From: Macrostomum lignano
Lineage: Eukaryota
NCBI GenBank assembly: GCA_002269645.1
Contig: NIVC01001414.1
Coordinates: 124,001-188,000, forward strand
Reading direction: 5' to 3'
DNA length: 64,000 bases
Part shown: piece after piece, positions 51,261-63,118 of the stretch
How positions within the stretch are numbered: position 1 is the first letter of the stretch
Layout: the number at the start of each line of letters is the position of its first letter
The notes under the pieces: model-generated
Databases searched by the model: none
What the model saw: only the letters and a program-made list of their open reading frames with translations
What the model was told of the DNA's origin: nothing
Program-made: the position numbers and the translations under genes

Positions 51261-52485
51261 ATGCCCCGCAGGGTCGCCGCACTTCCTCGTACGAGGGAAT
51301 CCCGTACGCACTATTAAGCGTAGTAATTCTAATTGCATATTGCATAAAAATTGTTATGATTTTGTGGGACTGACGTTTATTATTAATTTAATCAACTTTC
51401 CCTTCCTTGCGGCGGCTTTGTTGAGTAACTTAAGGGTTGTATTGTGAGTGAGAAGTTGTCGCGTAGCGCTGGCTACCAAAAGACTGAAGGCGCTTGATCA
51501 AGTTGAGCGAAAGGTTAAATCTTGGCTGGGGTCGATCGCGTCTAATTAATAAAAATTGATGTACAGGTAGCTTGAGGCTGAAACCGAAACTGGGAGTTTG
51601 GGCCATATACAAACTACATGTAGCTTGTCGTACTCGAAAGCAAGCACTTTTATTAAATGCAGTGGGAAATAAGACGCTACAGTCGAAATACGTGAGAAAA
51701 TTCTCGCTTGGAGGGTGGAACTTTTGACTGTTGCTGAGTACAGACTTGTGAAAGTTGGAACGAATCTCTACGCCCGAACTCCCAGCAAGTTTAGTTCTAC
51801 CTGAAAATTTCGACAAATGAGTACGCATGTACACTGATAGCGTATAGAATTCTAAACTTAAAAATTAGAACATTTGGATCGGAGTTTGATAGGAAAGGCC
51901 CTTGTAAGCACTGGAATTGTGCTTACATCGAAGCGAAAAATCAACGGCCTTCTCCCGTCTCGACCGGTGCTATCCAGCCAGACCAGCTCTACACTAAAGG
52001 GCAGATAACAAAGCTGAGGTTTGAAGGCCAAGCCAGCAGCCTGCGAACGCGTGACACAGTGGACTCGCAGCAATGCTTGGGGGTGATATGGTTACCTAAC
52101 AACGGCACAGAGAAAAACTGCTCGAGCGATAACCCTGCCCCGCTCAAACTATGCGCCATTGCTCTTCATTTTGTCAACTAAACCAGTTTGCTTGCTTGAC
52201 TATAAAATACACTGTCTTGCATAATTTGCGGCAGAGAGAGATTCAGAAATGTGAGCCTCACACTCATAACAGGGCCCTTAGAGGCCAGTGCGTTAAAAAT
52301 TCTTTCTGGCTTGTATGCAGAAGATAGCAGGAAAAAAACTGTTATAGCCCTGGGTTCCTTTTTGTAGAGAAAAAGATGGGAAACTTTTACCAGCTGGTAA
52401 TTCACAACCAGACTTTATCTTACAAGCTAATATTCTCGTGCATCAGCAGATTTTATTCTGTATGGTGGTAAAGCCTTAATCTCAC

Positions 52486-52740
52486 CTCACGTGCGGTGTC
52501 TCCGCCATTGCCAGCACTGCGACCACCTCCGAGTGTCCTTTGCTCTCTGCCACATTCAGCGGAGTGGAATCCGAAAAGTTCCTCTTATCACGAGATGCAC
52601 CGTATCTGAGGAAAAGCTCAACGACTTCCGTGTTGCCAGCAGCAGCAGCCAAGTGTAGAGGCGTATTTCCCTCCAGATCCGCAGCGTCGAGATCCGCACC
52701 CAGCTGGAGCAGCAGCTCTGCACAGCTGAGATGACATTTT
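52486..52740 (-). CDS. Ankyrin-repeat gene exon (about 2 ANK repeats)
   Basis: LGADLDAADLEGNTPLHLAAAAGNTEVVELFL...DSTPLNVAESKGH. Phase 2/2 sites compatible with both neighbours. Confidence 0.88.
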
Positions 52741-53583
52741 CTAGACGGTCGCAAGCCTCCACTGGCTGCCACCATGAGGGGAGTTCTTCCCTCCCAGTCT
52801 CTCCAGTTGCAGTTCTCTTTGTTTACGGCTTTTGTAAATTCCTTCTTCCTAGCTTGGCTGATGAGGCAGTTCAGCTTCTCGGCTTCCTGAAAATTTTATG
52901 GCAAATTTTTAGATGACCATCTGTGGTTTTATTCGATCGCTTTCTCGGCAACAGAAATGTTTTCTTACCGAAATGGAATGCTCGGTCAACCCGAATTTCG
53001 CTCTGGAATTTTTTGTTTGAACCGCAATTTTAGCATCTGAAGAGTGGATGTCTGAATGCCCTTGGTGAAACCAAACTAATAAAATAAATAAAATACGCAT
53101 TTAGTTAAAATTCCTAAAATAAGGTTCTAGTTATTAGTTATCATATTTCACCCAGTGGTACTTTTATTGCATTGACACAACTGGGTGTTGCTAACTATTT
53201 CAAAACACTCGCACGAGGGCTGTAGGCACCCTGGCGAAAATGACAAGAATCGTTTCAGCAGCCCCCGCTGAGGCAGTTCTGCTCATTCCGCTGACTCCTG
53301 AGCACAGACAAGCGCGCCAATACTGTACACAGGCACGCACTCATGTACACGCTCACTCAGGGTGTACAGCGGTCCGAACTTTCTAATATTCAGGAATATA
53401 CACTCTGCGCCTTGGGGGTTCGCCCTCATGGGTTTAAACGACAACCCTCCAACCAATGATTTATGCGAAAGCTCCAAACGAATGGGCCGCGCACGTAATC
53501 GAACCGCTGAGCTGCTCTGGCCCTTGTAGGTGCAGTTTGGTTCCCAGACCTTGAGCCTGACCATTTCAGGTATTTCTACTCAC

Positions 53584-54191
53584 TGCAGAAGATGCAAGCA
53601 GATGTCTTGGTAGCCCTGCTTCCACGCAGACCAGTAGATGCTGGCGTATTTCTCAGCACCGCTGTCACGCAGAATCTCCGGCTCATGCTTCAGAACAATC
53701 TTCACCAGCTCCAGGTTTCCAGCACAAACAGCCATGGTCAGGGCAGACTGACCGGCCTTGTCAGTGAGCTGAGAGTTGGCCCCGTTGTCCAACAACATCT
53801 CTGCTACCGGAGCATTCTCCTCTTCTACTGCCAGCAGCAACGGCGTCATGCAGCTTCCATCTGCGCTGTTGATGTCTGCCCTGTGGTTTGCCAGCAAAGT
53901 GTTTAGCAGAGGAATGTTGTTGGAGAGGACGGCGCAGTGCCAGACGGAGTGCTTCCGGCTGTCCGCAGCTTGCGGATCAGCTCCTCTGCTGATGAGGATT
54001 TCGAAGCACTCGGCATGAGCCTCGGAGCCTTGAGAGAAGTCCGCGACTGACGCTGCTGCGGCACAGAGAAGGGCCGTGCGATGAGGAAACGATTCGTGTG
54101 GGTCTTGCAGTACTGACGGATCAGCTTCAAGGATTTGAGCGAGCTTTGACGCATCTCCGGTGGCTGCGAGATGATGCAGAGCTCTGGGAGT
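53584..54191 (-). CDS. Ankyrin-repeat gene exon (about 5 ANK repeats)
   Basis: The frame stays open upstream of the listed ORF to the acceptor TTTACAG|ACT: TPRALHHLAATGD...RTALLCAA...SVWHCAVLSNN...MTPLLLAVEEEN...QSALTMAV. Donor CA|GTGAGT (phase 2). Confidence 0.85.
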
Positions 54192-55429
54192 CTGTAAAGT
54201 TTATTTTGAAGCATATGTAAAAATGTAAGTGCCTTTGGCTATGACGAAATTTCTTTAAAATGAGTTGCTGAGCAATCTGTGAAAGGGCCAATCTGTGAAA
54301 GGGTCCAATTAGTTAGAAAATCTTGCAACGTCACACTTTTTTTTGCTACTTAATTAAACTTATCAATGAATCACTGTTAAGAGACAATTACAAAAAATGA
54401 AATTGCAAAACAATGTTCCAGGTGTCTGAACAGGTTCCTGTTCATATTATATTATAAACATACAAGATAAACAGCACGAGCCGCATTAAAAAATCAAGTA
54501 CCTGTGCAAGTAGGAATGCACCCAGTAAATGCAAGAGTTCTGGCCTTGTGTGGAAAGTAACCTTCTAAATATAAATCAAAAATGAAGTAACCATAAGGAG
54601 TAATACTCGTAGTTAAGGATCATGACAGTGAGTATAACTTTGCATTTAAATTTAATTTACTTGAATTCAAATTTTAATTAGAATTTAATGCAGCTACTGT
54701 AGGATTTCATAACTTGAACATCCTTCTCTACACGGAAGTTCAGACTTTCAAAGAGTACACTCGAGTACTTTCAGCATAACTTGTAGCACAAAATTCGTTA
54801 GCACAATCGTTAGCACAAAATTTTCACCGTAAAATATACCTGACTCCTTCCTCAGTATCAAACTGCAGAAAATCTTCTGATTTCCAATACAACTCTCTTT
54901 ACTCGTTAGGGTTTTCCTACAAGTATCTGACCGCCAGCAACAGAGTTTGAAATGCTAAACAGGAATATATTCATCTGTTTACTTTCGCTCTAGAGAAAGA
55001 CACAGGTGTACTCAAGAACTGAAATGTTTTGAAATTTTGACATGAAAACGTTTAGCGAGTAAAAATTTATTATAATTTTCTCGTAAAAGCTAATTATTGT
55101 ATAAGACCGTAGCAATTAAAAGTACCAAGAGGAAGGATGTTCCATGAGGGGAAGTCGACGCCCCTTTTCCTGATTTCTACATAAAATAATAGCTCGTGCA
55201 GACAGAATGCGATTTTGGGGGTAGTTTAAAATTCTGTTCTGAAAGCCTTTCATAACAACTGTAATAAAGCATTGCGCTGCTCTGTGACCACTTACATGTG
55301 CGTGAGATGCTGCATCAGCGCTCTGCTTTTGGGCTTCCTGAGCTCTGAAATGTGACGCGGAATCAAGATATGTACATCGCGTCAGCACTAACGTATGCAG
55401 ATAATTATGCACTGGAAAAACTGTCTTAC

Positions 55430-56505
55430 ACTTCCGCTGCTGCCTGCAGCATGTGAGCGGTGTTTCGGCAGGGCACCGTGAAGCACTCCAGCTGAAACGA
55501 GTGCTCCTGAGCCAGCTGCTCACACTTGGAAACCGCAGCACGCAGGAACTGGTCATCGCAGAACTCGCTTAGTACCTGTTCCGCTGGCAGAGCTCCTGTG
55601 TCCTGATAGCATTCTTCTTGTTGAAAATGGAATAGAATTACTCGGATTTTCAGGCCAGAATCCGATTTCACTTCATGGTTGGGCAACCGCTTACGTTGAC
55701 ATTCGACTTCTTTTCTGGTCTTCAGGTACCATTCGCACGTGCTGATTTCGTTGAACAGAATGCACAGATAAACTGGCGCAGAACGCTTTGAGCTCTCAGC
55801 GATGCAGTGCTCCAACTCTTCATTGACTGCTTCATCTTCTCCGTTTAAGCAGGAAGTCACAGCGACTCTCATCGAGCACTGGGGCTGATCTCCGATCGTC
55901 ACCAACGCATCGCCAGCATTCAAGTCCAAAAGTGACTCGAGACGGGTTTCTCCCGGGACCCTCAGTAGATGGCAGAACACAAAAGCTGATGACAGGAAAT
56001 GCCTGATTGAAACGTCATCAAGCAGCTGCGGTTGGACTGAGGATTTGAGTATTCGCTCAGCAGTGCTTGGATCGACTTGAATCCTGAGCTGCTTGACTCC
56101 AGTCACTTTAATCAGTTGCGATACAAGTCTGCACAGATCACCGAGCACTGGGGGAAAAGTTGCACTGAATCGCTCGCTTAAATTCGGTAAGCCCGTGAAG
56201 GTGACTTTTACCGAGTGCAATGAAGACACCACGGCATATGGAGTTTGATCCGATCCGGTCGTGTCTTCAGAATCCTCAGCTTCCAGACTGGCAATCGCGA
56301 TCTCACAGATGGCGTCTTGGCTGTCGGAAGTCGTTGGCGGTGTGAGTCTCAGAACTGGACATGCCTCGACAGGTCTGGCTATTTTGTTACGCTTTGACTG
56401 AGAAGATCCGAGAATATCGCACAGGGTGAGCACGCTTTGCCGGATGTCCATAGATTGCAGTAGGTTCATATTTTCGTTGGCTGTTCGCTTTCGTTTTCTT
56501 TTTGG
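55430..56505 (-). CDS. Large exon of unknown domain, probably an upstream part of the ankyrin gene
   Basis: About 359-codon open frame starting at acceptor CTTTACAG|CCAAAAAGAAAACGAAAG (PKRKRKR, NLS-like) and ending at donor-like GAAGT/GTAAGA. Globular-looking composition; no family recognised. Confidence 0.6.
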
Positions 56506-57339
56506 CTGTAAAGAAGGACTTGTTGAAAATCAAGGACCACTAGTTGTTCCAATATAGTCTTGTCTGGTATACGTAGTACTTCTTTATTATTTGAGCAAAG
56601 TTTCTCACAAAGGTGCCTCAATAACCAGTTTACTAGTAATAGGCTGCAAGATCTTTCCTATAAAATGGGTGCACAATGGTATCAGGGAGCAGAGAGAAAA
56701 GCGGAGAGCCAATGCATTGTTGAGGTTCGATAATAGGCTGAAAACCCTCTCTCCTGCCAACCACATGCATCTGGAGAGGAGACCCATGCAGCCGAGCCTA
56801 GCTGTAGCCGCTCGGTGTGAGGTCGCACCGTACCGCCATGACACAGCGGGAGAGAGCAGCTGCAAACGTAGTACAGCTACTGACTGCCTGTGTGTTAGAC
56901 ATTCCCAGTCCCACTTTTCTCTCTTAGCCCCCATATTGTTTCGGCGCACAATGCATTGCAGATTTGACTGATCCAGTGAGCTCACAGTCTCGATAAGCAA
57001 AAGACTGCCGTTTTGCCAGTTTAGTTTCATTTTTTCTGTCTCCAGTGTTTGCAGACTTAGTAAATAAAATAAATTAAATTGTACAAACAGTATTAAAGCT
57101 GCGTGAGGACCCTTTCTGTACATTAAAAATATCGCGATTGCAACTACTACCGCAACAATTTGGGTTTGATAAAATGCAGAAGAAGTTCTAAAAAATTATT
57201 ATAATTTAATTTCAAGCATCACTTGCATTTTTACTAGTCGTCTTGTTACAGGTAAATTTGAAATAATTTATTTGTTCTAAATTCTTGTTTATCACGTTAT
57301 GTTAGCTCTAATTCCAAAACGATAAATTAATTTGAAATA

Positions 57340-58599
57340 ATGATGGAACCTATCATTTTGCAGATGGACCGTGACTATAAAATATTTGAGCAAAAACTGA
57401 CTGAAAGTGCCGTCTCGGATATCGAAGCCCTGATCCAAATTGACCAGTTGCGAAACTACCCAAAGCTAAAACGCAGCCTGGCTTTGATGGTCGTCCTCAC
57501 CTACGAGACGAATACAGGAGAACCATTTTTTCACTTTCACGAGAGGCTGGTAACACTTTTTATTAAGTCCGTGACGTCAGTGCAACAAGGGGAAGAGCTC
57601 AGAGTATTCGGAAGGCCCATAATTAGAAGAAACCAGGGCCGAATACCGACAGAAATGGGTGAGCGATGTCTGTGCACCTGGATGAACGAAGGTGTGTCAG
57701 TGGACATACCGGTGGGCTACACGGAGGGATTCAAGTCGGCCATTTTGTACCTGATGGCCTCAGATATCCATCAGTACTTCTCATATCGCTACCCTCCAGC
57801 TGCCGCCACATCAGCAATTGAAATTCCTTGCTTTCTTGAGATGTTTCTCAGCAGCAGCCGCAACAACCAAAATAATTTTGCTGCCTTAACTGGAGAATAC
57901 GTGGCCCTGAACGGCATGTGCTTCGAGAAGGGGTGCATCGGTGAACACTTCAAGTACAGCAGCCTGGAGCAAAAGTTTGATTTCGCTGTGCATTACGGAC
58001 AGCAAGAGACAAACGTGTCTGTAAAAAGTGTCAAGTTTTCCAATGTCAAGCACTTTGAAAGCCCAGGAAGCTTTGATGTCTGGGACCCGACACGAGACTG
58101 CAAAACTGAAAAATTTGTTAGTCAGCGGGAGGGTGAAAACGTGCTGCTGCACAACTGCGACTGTCGGCACTGCGCTCTGATGCCGCTCCGGCGAATCACA
58201 GTCAGACAGTCAATGATTATCGATGACAACCGAGTGTTTCTGGGAGATCTGGAGTGCGAGCGCAAAGCAACACTGGAAGAAGCTTTCGCAAAATGGTTGC
58301 CAAGTGATTCATTTAGAATTAGCGATTCAGGCTCGAACTCCAGCAGGTCGGAGGGCGATGAAGATTCTGATGACAGCTTGGAGGAGACGGAGGAGAGTAA
58401 AGACGCTGAGCTGGCAGTTGTCACTTTGGTGGCAGCCAAGATGTTCTTTGAACTTCGGTATGGACTGTGCACCTTCAAAAATGGTGTTTTTCGGCTGCGA
58501 ACAAATCTCATTCACTCCATGCTGCAGGAAGGCCAGGCTGGTGCTCACGCTGATGGCATGCGTGCTCTGATTGACAGGTCTGATGAATATTTTCAATAG
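57340..58599 (+). CDS. Intronless hypothetical protein, 419 aa
   Basis: Long non-repetitive ORF with ATG and TAG, an AT-rich upstream region, a CxCxxC cluster (HNCDCRHC) and an acidic Ser-rich patch. No family recognised. Confidence 0.7.
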   Translation: MMEPIILQMDRDYKIFEQKLTESAVSDIEALIQIDQLRNYPKLKRSLALMVVLTYETNTGEPFFHFHERLVTLFIKSVTSVQQGEELRVFGRPIIRRNQGRIPTEMGERCLCTWMNEGVSVDIPVGYTEGFKSAILYLMASDIHQYFSYRYPPAAATSAIEIPCFLEMFLSSSRNNQNNFAALTGEYVALNGMCFEKGCIGEHFKYSSLEQKFDFAVHYGQQETNVSVKSVKFSNVKHFESPGSFDVWDPTRDCKTEKFVSQREGENVLLHNCDCRHCALMPLRRITVRQSMIIDDNRVFLGDLECERKATLEEAFAKWLPSDSFRISDSGSNSSRSEGDEDSDDSLEETEESKDAELAVVTLVAAKMFFELRYGLCTFKNGVFRLRTNLIHSMLQEGQAGAHADGMRALIDRSDEYFQ

Positions 58600-59684
58600 T
58601 TAGGAGCCTCTTATGAAGGATCTTTAACGCGCAGAATAAGGCATGGTAGCTGGATTTGACCGTCATCTGAACCAGCAACAACAACAAAAACAACACCAAA
58701 AACATCAAAAAACAAAAACAACAGTAAAAACATCAAAAAACAAAAACAACAGTAAAAACAACAAAAGCAGAACGATAACAACCATATCAACAATATTAAC
58801 GATGAGACCACAAAAACAGCAATAGCAGTGAGATATTTTTGCTACTCTCATTCTTTCCCTCTCCCTTCCGCTTTCTCGTCTCCCCATCATCACCTATGCT
58901 TTCCCACTCCTTCCTCATTTCAAGCAGACTCACATTCTTCAGCAGCAAGTGCAATGTTCCATGCTAAGTACATTAAGTACTTGTTAATTCCTTGTTAACA
59001 ACATTGTGTAGCAGTTTTTTGTCAGATTATGAAAAAAAGTATCTGCAGTGCAGAATTTTCTGAAATGCAAAAATCTGAAAATTTCAATTGTTTTTTATAA
59101 TTTTTGTCTAAAATTGCACTTTTATATTTGCCATAAATTTCTGTCATGGATTTCGCCATAATAACTGTTATATCTGTAACTCCAGTCAAACTTGTTCTCT
59201 GTACACAAGTAAGAGTGCTCAGCCTTTGAATAATTTTTTGTGTCAAATAGCGGGCTGTTCCTTTTGTCTATGGCTTTGACCGGGCCTTAGTGCCCTGAAA
59301 TTGTATGGGAGTTGCATCACGCTTTATGAGAGATAATTAAGCGTGCTCTACCGGCTACTTTTTATAAAATAGCCCTTATTGTATACATTTTTGTGACATA
59401 TTGGCTCAAGCGCTCGTAGTGTATATTGCAAGCATGTGCCTATTTATAAATTCATCTTTATTGCCTTAGTACTTATGCAGATTACTAAATAGAGTGTGAA
59501 TAAATATGAATAAATATGATGAATAAATATCAATATAAAGTTAATCCTAAACTCGGCATTCTAAATTTTTGTGTTGAATTTTCATTGAGTTTGACTGGCT
59601 GAGCAGAGAATAAAGCAGTGGTGACAGGAGAGAGGGGTGTCAGTGTGGGTAACTAAAAGGGCATAGAGGGAGGACTGGAAAGGC

Positions 59685-59859
59685 AGATGAGGGGAACTGG
59701 AAGGGCAAAGGGGGAACTGGAAGGGCAAAGGGGGAACTGGAAGGGCAAAGGGGGGAACTGGAAGGGCAAAGGGGGGAACTGGAAGGGCAAAGGGGGGAAC
59801 TGGAAGGGCAAAGGGGGGAACTGGAAGGGCAAAGGGGGGAACTGGAAGGGCAAAGGGGG
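59685..59859. repeat. 21-bp G-rich minisatellite (GGAACTGGAAGGGCAAAGGGG)n
   Basis: About 8 units ending exactly at the AGTAGT inverted repeat. Confidence 0.93.
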
Positions 59860-59954
59860 AGTAGTTGTAAAATATGGGGGGTGGCGTTAAATTAACCAAT
59901 CTCCAAAAATCATCATGAGTGAGCGATGCCCATCCCCCATATTTTACAACTACT
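59860..59954. repeat. Perfect 21-bp inverted repeat, AGTAGTTGTAAAATATGGGGG...CCCCCATATTTTACAACTACT (53-bp spacer)
   Basis: Arms at 59860-59880 and 59934-59954 are exact reverse complements. Confidence 0.92.
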
Positions 59955-60756
59955 AATATATAGCATACAGATCTGGAAACCACTTTTTTTTAAATTCCCT
60001 TTAGGGGGTCTGTCGACAGTTTTTAGAAAAACACAACTACCCCAGACGTCATACCAATCAATGGCGATTTGATTACCAATCGCAACGCTTCCAACACGCT
60101 ACGCGCGCTATGCTTACGTTTACAACCCCTCCTGATGTGGGGCAACTTCAAAAGTCGGTAATCAAGAGTCCCAAAGTCGTAGAACGAGGATCGCTGGAAA
60201 CACCAAATAGTAATAGTTCAGAGAATGGTTTTTATACATACCTTGCGGAACTTCAACCTCTAATCGGGAAACAGCAAAGTTACCAAGATCGTCATCGGTA
60301 TGTGGTTGAACCGCCTTCATCCACTTTTGGAGAACAAGAGCCAACTTGTAGCATGTCTCTACAAAGAAGGGATAATAATATGCCGTTCTGATCGCTATTT
60401 CTGTATGAAATTAGCAAAGCTAGCAGAGGTGTATTCGAAATTCACTTATTTGGAGAGATTCATCGGCATCTGTCAAAGATACCCGAAATCTTAGCTCAGA
60501 ACCCACAATTTTGGAATGTAGGCGCTGTAAGTATTCTAATATTCTAAGTTGCTAGGCAGTCCAACGCGTAAGTCACGCTTGGCAACTATATGTACAGCCA
60601 TGTGTTTCTATATGTATAGCAATGGCATATGTATTCCTTTATATAGGTGGAATACCGGTACGCAAGTGGCGCGTCGCGGCCGTCGCAGCTATTGCGCCTA
60701 TAGCGCTTGTCACCCAATCCCAATATCGGAATTTTTGATAATTTTTATTGTAAAAA

Positions 60757-61334
60757 ATGGTAAAATTTGGAGAAGCATTAGACCTACAATCTGCACTAAC
60801 TTCATTCTCGCACAAACTCCCTTTCACCCCCGGTCGGTATAAGGGCGAAATGCACATACCCGGTTATTATTTTGCAGGCCCCGGCACAAATTTAACGTTA
60901 AGACTAAACCCTCAGACCGATACACCGCAACCCGATAGCCTCCATATAAACCTTATAGACTGGGCGGCATATCGACACGATAAACGTTATAGGAACGCAG
61001 AAACTCTTGCTCAAAAACACAGCTGACCAACAGATGTCGCAAGAGCTAGATGCTATTCCTACAGAAGACTTGACAGTAAAAGAGCGCGTAACGCGACATA
61101 CGGTAAAAAGAATAATAAAAGCAAAAGTTAAATTTGGGCTGGGGCTTACTTTAGAAGAAGCCATAAAAAAGCACACCCCATATCGTAAACCCAAAGTATT
61201 TAGAAAATTTGTGCACCATTACAAAGACGAAATATGGCACGCTGATTTAGTTATTATGCCGCCAGAACGTGGCTATAAATATATTTTAACAATTCTGGAC
61301 GGCTTCACGCGTTTTGCCTGGGTTGTTCCTTTAA
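60757..61334 (+). mobile_element. Polinton/Maverick (adintovirus-type) PLA2-like domain plus retroviral-type integrase, frameshifted and truncated
   Basis: HIPGYYFAGPGT...NLIDWAAYRHDKRY is a parvovirus-VP1-type PLA2 (Ca loop plus HD). A frameshift near 61020 leads to ADQQM...KDEIWHADLVIM...YKYILTILDGFTRFAWVVPL (Polinton-like rve start). Cut at TTAA 61331. Confidence 0.85.
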
Positions 61335-61655
61335 CAGTAACCCGACGGATGGCCTGCATAGCAGGCCATGGCCGCAGGCCATGGCCGGAGCCTTTCCACT
61401 CAAAACGGTTCTTTATGCCGTGCAGTCTGTGGGTAAATTGATGTCAACTCTAGCTTACTATTCCAGACGGCTAATTCTGCTGAGCCGAACAATTGACCAT
61501 ATATATCTTTGTGGCACTGCAGTTAAGGACTGATGACCTGCATGGCAGGCCATCCGCTAATTCAGCAGAAGCAAAGACACGGTAGTAGGCGGTGGTTCAG
61601 ATAATTTTATTTATGGAAGAGAACAAACCGTCATTAAAGTGAATTTTTTTACTTA
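61331..61655. mobile_element. piggyBac-like terminal segment, copy 1
   Basis: Begins TTAA-CAGTAACCCGACGGATGGCCT, has internal palindromes and is near-identical to 63119-63348 apart from an insertion of about 100 bp. Confidence 0.55.
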
Positions 61656-63118
61656 CGTAGACTTGCAGCAGTAGCAGTCTCATTTGACCCGTTGAGCACT
61701 GCAGATTGGAAAGCCTAAAATTTTGTGCAAATTGATAATCGTCATAAATTACTCAAAACCCTTCCAGCGCCGGCTGTGCGTGAGCGAAGAATTCTAAAAT
61801 AAACTATTATTTATTACATACCAAAGGAATATTGGCTCCCTCAGAGAACCCTGAAACTGCTGTTGTCTCGTAGACACTCGTTGTGCCTCTATTTTTTGGG
61901 TGGAGCAGCACAACAGCGTGCATTTCAGAATCCTCGGCCAATTCAAACTGTCAAAGCAGAATTGGTAAAAAAAACCGTGAGCACTAAATTTGACAAGTTA
62001 ATGAGGAGAAACTGCTGACAATTTATGAAAATGACAAACAGACTTACGAGCTTGTACATCGACTTCTTTAGTTTCTTCTAACGTTCGGCATGTGACGTTG
62101 GTGGTTCTTTTATTCTCCCAGTTCGTCTATTAATATCTACTAAAAAATATTTAAAAATGTACTCGTATTTTATTTATATCAATTGGTTTCACTTTTATGT
62201 TTATTGAAAATAGTAAGCAATGCTTTGTTTTACTGCATTAAATAGTTATATTTAACATTTTGAATTCTGTGGCTTCGGAGAAGACTGAGCGTGGTGTGCG
62301 GCTGCTGTTCCTATCGCCAGTCATTTGATTTTAGTAAACACTGATTGATTTTAGTAAACACTGAAAAAAACAGTAGTTCAAGATCGCTCTCAATTTAGTA
62401 GTGTTACCCACTAAGGTCATCTTCGAAGCCATTCCATTGACACTGCAATTGTTCGTTACCAGTTAGCATCAGCAATAACCACTACATGTGTAACCTGCAA
62501 ATATACATAATCCGTAATCGAATTATCGGCGCCGTCAGTTATCGTCACCACTAACTGTGTGTTTACTCACTACTTTAATAGCAGCCCGTCAGCACGCGAA
62601 CTCGGACCAGATATCGTCACAGGCAAGACTTGGAGCTGCAGCCGAACTAATTACGTTTTGCTAGCGCTTTATGGATAATACTAAACAAAATGCGATAAGT
62701 GAAATGCACTCGCTGTGCTAGATCACCACTTGCTCCGTCTCCGCCTATTCACTCTGGAGATTAAAGTTCTGAATAAACAGATGCTGTAGTGACCGGTGTT
62801 TGGGTCTATGGACTCCTTAGATTTCACTGGGGAATACGAGCATATGTGACCAAGCAATAGTTGCGAAGTATTCACATGCGACTGAGGAATACAGTGTTCA
62901 GTGATGTGCAGCCTTTGCGACGAAGTTATTAAATACAAGAAATAGACGTGCTCTCTACTAGACGGTTGAGCGTTGGCTTCGCTTCTCGCTCCTTTCAGAT
63001 TTTGCTGATGAAATTTTCAACATAGTAAAACGATACTCTAAATAAATATTGCCATACCTGCAAGCTTTTCGTTCCGGTTGCAATTTCTCCTAACCTGTTC
63101 ATTCCAAGCACTTAACAC

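Noticed and set aside
51430-52400. Short minus-strand ORFs with RT-like words (LTYFDCSVLF, FRFDVSTIP)
   Set aside because: Too degenerate to assign; possibly a retroelement relic in the ankyrin intron.
56605-57123. 172-aa minus-strand ORF as a further exon of the ankyrin gene
   Set aside because: The middle part (TLETEKMKLNW...KWDWECL) looks coding, but I could not define consistent splice sites or a domain, so it is left uncalled.
60110-60494. Short ORFs between the AGTAGT repeat and the PLA2-integrase as Polinton genes
   Set aside because: They contain multiple stops and no recognisable capsid, protease or ATPase motif.
61530-61549. CTGATGA followed by hairpin CCTGC-ATG-GCAGG (also at 63222-63241) as a hammerhead or C/D-box RNA
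   Set aside because: No GAAA follows stem II and there is no convincing terminal stem or D box. It is better explained as a transposon subterminal palindrome.
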